Of a stretch of DNA of 64,000 bases, positions 60,801 through 64,000 are shown piece by piece. The notes beneath the pieces are model-generated. The model searched no databases, was not told the DNA's origin, and worked only from the letters and a program-made list of their open reading frames with translations. The stretch spans positions 186,001 through 250,000 of the forward strand of contig NMRA01000190.1 of NCBI GenBank assembly GCA_002633005.1, written 5' to 3'. Origin of the DNA: Phoronis australis. Taxonomy: Eukaryota > Animalia > Phoronida. The position numbers and the translations under genes are program-made. Position 1 is the first letter of the stretch. Every line of letters starts with the position of its first letter.

Positions 60801-63461
60801 TTATTCACTCGACCGTCATTTTAAAAATTAGCCTCTTTTTAGGTTGAAGAAATCCATTTGAGACATAAAACATATTAATAGAAGGCACATGAAAAAAATC
60901 CCCTTTTGCGCCGTGTATAGTTCAGTAGCAGTCCTTTGTTATCACACACACTTCGTTGAAAACACGACTAAATATTTTGTAGTGTTGGAAGAGTCTCCTT
61001 TCTTCAGGAGTGCAGCCATAGAAAAACACCGAGAGACATAAACAAATTAAAACACTTAGTGTCCAAAATCCACTCATGCTTTAGATTATGGGGGTAATGA
61101 CTTTGCCATGTAGTAATCTATATGTATGACGAAAAAAATCGCTCGTGCGACTAAGGCCTATACAAGCGCCCCTGCGTAACATCACGTGACCGTAATAGGC
61201 CTATTACGCAAAAAGCTCCACCGAAGTATGGATGTGATGACTTACTGTGCATGCTGCAGCCAAGAATAATGCTTAAAAATGAGAATTTAACATTTCTGGC
61301 ATTTGTAGTTACTTGAACAGAAATGGAACTAATGTAGCAAAAATTACAGTGATAAATATGACTTAAAACAAATAAATAATATATTATAACAGTATGCTGT
61401 ATCAGAGCGTAACAGGTAATTTGATATCCATCTTAATCTTCACCCGAGCTTATCTTAAGTTTTTATTGTAACTTTTTACAAAATAAACGTGTATGTATGT
61501 TAGTGTAAATTAAATTAAAATTTGTTCTCTCAAATGTTAATTGGGTGCACAATTTACCCATCGTAGTCTGGTACTTGTCTTCATTTTCATTCTTGTGTCG
61601 TGGTTTAAAGGCCCAAACAGCACTTACTAGTGCAAGGCAAAAAGGTAAACTTCAAGCTACAACAAATGAAGTTACATAGTGGCAGTTAATCTTTGCATTG
61701 AATCAATCATTGAACTCCACTCGACTCATTCTTTGTTCATGAATTGGGTATTTAGGAAAACTAACTCGTCATAGTAAAAGACAAGCCAAGGGTTGCACCC
61801 CAAAATATAAAACAAAACACTGGTCTTAAAAATGGTGCTGCGTGGTGTGTTAAATGTTTTCTGGAACACCCAACAGAGATATACCCAGTAAAGAAGGTGT
61901 TGACTATCAAAAGGCGAGGGCATAGACTCGGGTGGATATTATTTAGTGAAAGTTGGCATCATTCATTGAATGTTGTATTTAGTTACCTGTTCACTACTAA
62001 TTTAAGTCGGTTGCATTTTTAAGTCATGTTATTTCAGCAGTGCCTGTTGTCTAGTAATAAATGTATAACTTGCTGCTACTGCAATAAACAGATCAAGTGT
62101 AACTTTATCATGTTGTCTTTAGATGGACATCCCAACTGGGTTAAATCTTCAAGACAAGCTTGTTTATTGAATGATGTCATGTATATTGTTAAGCTGTAGC
62201 CACCTGACGGTTGGTAATGCCACATGATTGCTGTTGTCCAGCATATAACTTGAAGCCACTGACCCCAGAGTTTATGATGGCTGACTTATATGTAAATCAA
62301 TGAAGATTGCTTACAACAGGTGAAACTTGATAGTGAGTTCAGCTTCTCCAACTCTCACTTCAAATGGGATGGCCTGCTTGTGGTACGGTGAAGTCTCACC
62401 AAGTTTGACGGAATTGCCATAATTGATTGCTTTTTAATTTTAATAGGCTTCTAAGCTAGTTGTGAATACCCACAGATTCTCACAACATTATCCAATGGCA
62501 GCTTTTGTGTGTAACTGATAAAACCTTTATTTTGAGCTACTTTTTGAAATGAAGAAATTCACTTGTCTGTCATCTTGTGTCCTGAATGCGTGAGATTTGG
62601 CATTATGTCCTCCTCAGTCACACCCAGGTGTTGTACCCAATATCACTGTGGTGTGTATAATTAAATATAACTATTTTGTTGTCCATCCATGACATGATGG
62701 ACATGCCAGCGTATGTGTAGGAGTGATGTTTACTATCCATGTTCCTTTTGCAGATGTGGATGAAGACATGAAGGACTACTATAGGAGACAAGGTCTGTGT
62801 AAGGGCAAGGAGTGTGACCAGATACATACTGTGAGTACTGCATCTGTTTACATGTTACCACGGGTCTCCTCCACCAACAGCCTGTTCAAAGCAAGGTTAC
62901 AGTACACCTGACTAGTCAAATTTGGAATTACAAATTAAAATTAGCTATCAAAATTTATTTGAGGAGCACCAATGCCAGTGTGGAAATCTTAGGAGTGAGT
63001 GCTGTGATTGGGGTCTGTTGGAGATTACCCTTGGGCTATTCCATTCGCACCATATTATTCTGTATATATGGAGATCCTAGTACGTTTTTCTGAATAGCCA
63101 CTGTAATGTTTTCACTAAAACCTCGAGACGGCTATGCTGCTTATCATATAGTACAATGTATTCTTTGTTACTTTCTTGATAGACTTCAACAGAAAGGACA
63201 GCTTCCTTGAATGTTTTGTGTTGAGACATCAGTTATAAGTGTATTCTCTCCTGAAATTTTTCACCTTTGTGCTCTTAATAGATCTCATCAAAGGACAAGA
63301 ACCGTCCACACATCAAACTGGAATTCATCAACGGCTTGTGGACGCAGCGCCTCCTATTTGCTGACAAGATAACAGACATCCAGTTTGGTGATTCTGACTG
63401 TATCTTCTTCAACGATGGCTCTCGTACGCCCGCCTGTGATAAGGAGGAGTACAAACCATTT
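27853..63461 (+). CDS. TTC17: Tetratricopeptide repeat protein 17, 3'-partial, 19 exons / 890 codons in window: join(27853..27966,29546..29690,37513..37627,38547..38658,40279..40395,41468..41577,42435..42582,45214..45353,46296..46462,47265..47389,51257..51367,52341..52471,52855..53038,53498..53578,54625..54849,55996..56259,57044..57167,62754..62830,63282..63461)
   Basis: All junctions GT-AG and in phase. Signal peptide, then motifs I recognise from vertebrate TTC17: ATHWIVTEDGR, NEDKDTGLEQR, DPDC, FSIHAFEHL, SWVLYNMAAFYWRIK, KDVALISLANVLHRA, RKHAVLC, SLQRTLDELK, WPSKEEC, YLPPENKG, EEEIG, AGLYWR, DVPLVNMAN. Extra small exons in long introns (e.g. 57168-62753) cannot be excluded. Confidence 0.95.
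28579..30780 (+). repeat. Diverged ~320-bp direct repeat pair flanking TTC17 exon 2 (28579-~28895 and 30434-~30780)
   Basis: Both start TCAGTGTATGAAGAGTTT(T/G)GTATCATTTTA and share ACCTGTTTAGAC, ATTCTTGCTCA, CATTCCATGC, ACTACTGAGATA and TAGACTGGT in the same order. Confidence 0.7.
29271..29465. repeat. 31-bp minisatellite, ~6 copies
   Basis: Consensus ~TGTTGACATCTAGATACTGACCACCGTGGCA with period 31. Confidence 0.85.
31050..31265. repeat. 26-bp minisatellite, ~8 copies (related short array at 29858-29928)
   Basis: Consensus TGTGACTTTCCAAACGTCTGCCCACC. Confidence 0.85.
35531..35708 (+). mobile_element. tRNA-derived SINE-like fragment
   Basis: A-box-like TGGCTTAGAAG and B-box GAGTTCAAATCC at tRNA-like spacing; no valid cloverleaf; 3' boundary approximate. 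Confidence 0.45.
36384..36460 (+). pseudogene. Degenerate tRNA-like sequence in the left arm of the foldback
   Basis: A-box TAGCTGAGTAG, B-box GTTCGAATCC (36441-36450); stems poorly paired. Confidence 0.5.
36646..36719 (-). pseudogene. Degenerate tRNA-like sequence in the right arm of the foldback
   Basis: Minus strand GCTGAGTGGTGTAGTGGTAAAA...GGGTTTGACACCGGCCTCGGT: A-box, B-box-like T-loop, and a GCTGAG/CTCGGT acceptor-like stem. Confidence 0.5.
43297..43611. repeat. 315-bp near-perfect hairpin (foldback MITE) in TTC17 intron 7
   Basis: GACTGTTATTAAATTGGAAAACATT... pairs with ...AATGTTTTCCAATTTAATAACAGTC and pairing continues to a ~5-nt loop near 43450. Confidence 0.9.
47068..47231. repeat. 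32-bp tandem repeat, 5 identical copies
   Basis: CACCTTCAGGCTCAGTTCATATTTGTATTTTT starting at 47068, 47100, 47132, 47164 and 47196. Confidence 0.95.
48552..48899. mobile_element. MITE with ~48-bp imperfect TIRs (CAY...GTG ends, possible 3-bp TSD; CMC-like)
   Basis: GGGTATTTTTGTAGCCTCAAATTATCCCTC vs GAGGGATGATTTGAAGCTACAAAAATACCC; AGA on both flanks. Confidence 0.6.
48915..48971. repeat. 57-bp hairpin
   Basis: TGTTGCAAGTAATTCATCC..TTCAAT GAG ATTGAA..GGATGAACTACTTGCAACA. Confidence 0.6.
51357..51963. repeat. 303-bp direct duplication around a single N (probable assembly overlap artefact)
   Basis: 51357-51659 repeats at 51661-51963 with one visible SNP (GTAATTGGG/GTAAATGGG); N at 51660; duplicates the exon 11 donor. 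Confidence 0.85.
53318..53481. repeat. 25-bp minisatellite, ~6 copies
   Basis: Consensus CAAGGTAGTGCTGCGTGTATTGTGT. Confidence 0.85.
54820..55225. repeat. Degenerate ~65-bp tandem repeat derived from the TTC17 exon 15/intron boundary
   Basis: Recurrent GATGT/GAGGGTGAA-GA-GCTGAG|GTGAGGG..GGG...GTGTCTTG blocks; the first copy is the real exon end. Confidence 0.6.
59210..59610. repeat. 50-bp minisatellite, 8 diverged copies
   Basis: GCC(G/A)AGCAC-type core recurs at 59242, 59292, ... 59592 with exact period 50. Confidence 0.9.
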
Positions 63462-64000
63462 GTAAGTGGTCCCTGTTTTCTGCTTTCTGGTAGAATGGCG
63501 CTTTTCTCGCCTTGTTCTATGCAACTACAAATTTTTCGCTTTTTTCACTTTACACTTTATTCACATCTACAACCTTCGCCTCTTAGGCTGACTCAACTTT
63601 ATTACACTTTGGATTAAGACCACTTAGTACAGGAGATTGACTAGGCTTGGTATGTGGCAGTGCAGAGCTACTGTTATGTTCACAAAACTAATTACCCACA
63701 AGTATGGAATTTTCTTATTTGATGATTTTTTTGTTCATTAAAGTAATTTAATGGTGTAGTGATAGACCTTTATAGAGAAACCTTTTGAACCCAGAGATTC
63801 ATTAGCTACGGAAATCTTATTTAAATTGAGTGTGGCTTTTCATTGGCATTCAGGATCAGGCTGTTTGTGGAAGTATTGTCTGATTGAGACACTACTTCAG
63901 ACGTGGGAAGTTTTTGTTCCGTGATGCCACAGCAACTACCAGAGATGTAGATCTTAAGCACTTGTAGATAAACGTTATTTGTATCGAGGTATAGGTGGGC

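Overview
Eukaryotic (animal, probably marine invertebrate) genomic DNA with GT-AG introns. I could splice three protein-coding genes by hand with consistent phases. (1) A complete 7-exon secreted trypsin-like S1A serine protease (+, 1277-11813, 283 aa) with an unusual RDSGGP active-site motif. (2) The 3' three exons of a divergent fibrinogen-related-domain (FReD) gene (-, 15135-17177); its 5' exon was not found. (3) The first 19 coding exons of TTC17 (+, from 27853, running off the window end). Protease intron 4 holds an internally deleted Kolobok-type DNA transposon (TTAA TSD, ~150-bp TIRs, THAP-transposase remnant and convergent KolX remnant). TTC17 intron 2 holds the most unusual structure: a ~1.63-kb degenerate palindrome with related hairpins at both ends and at the centre, and a tRNA-derived head in each arm. 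The rest is rich in very small MITEs, foldbacks and minisatellites, plus two single-N overlap duplications that look like assembly artefacts. All identities and alignments are by eye.
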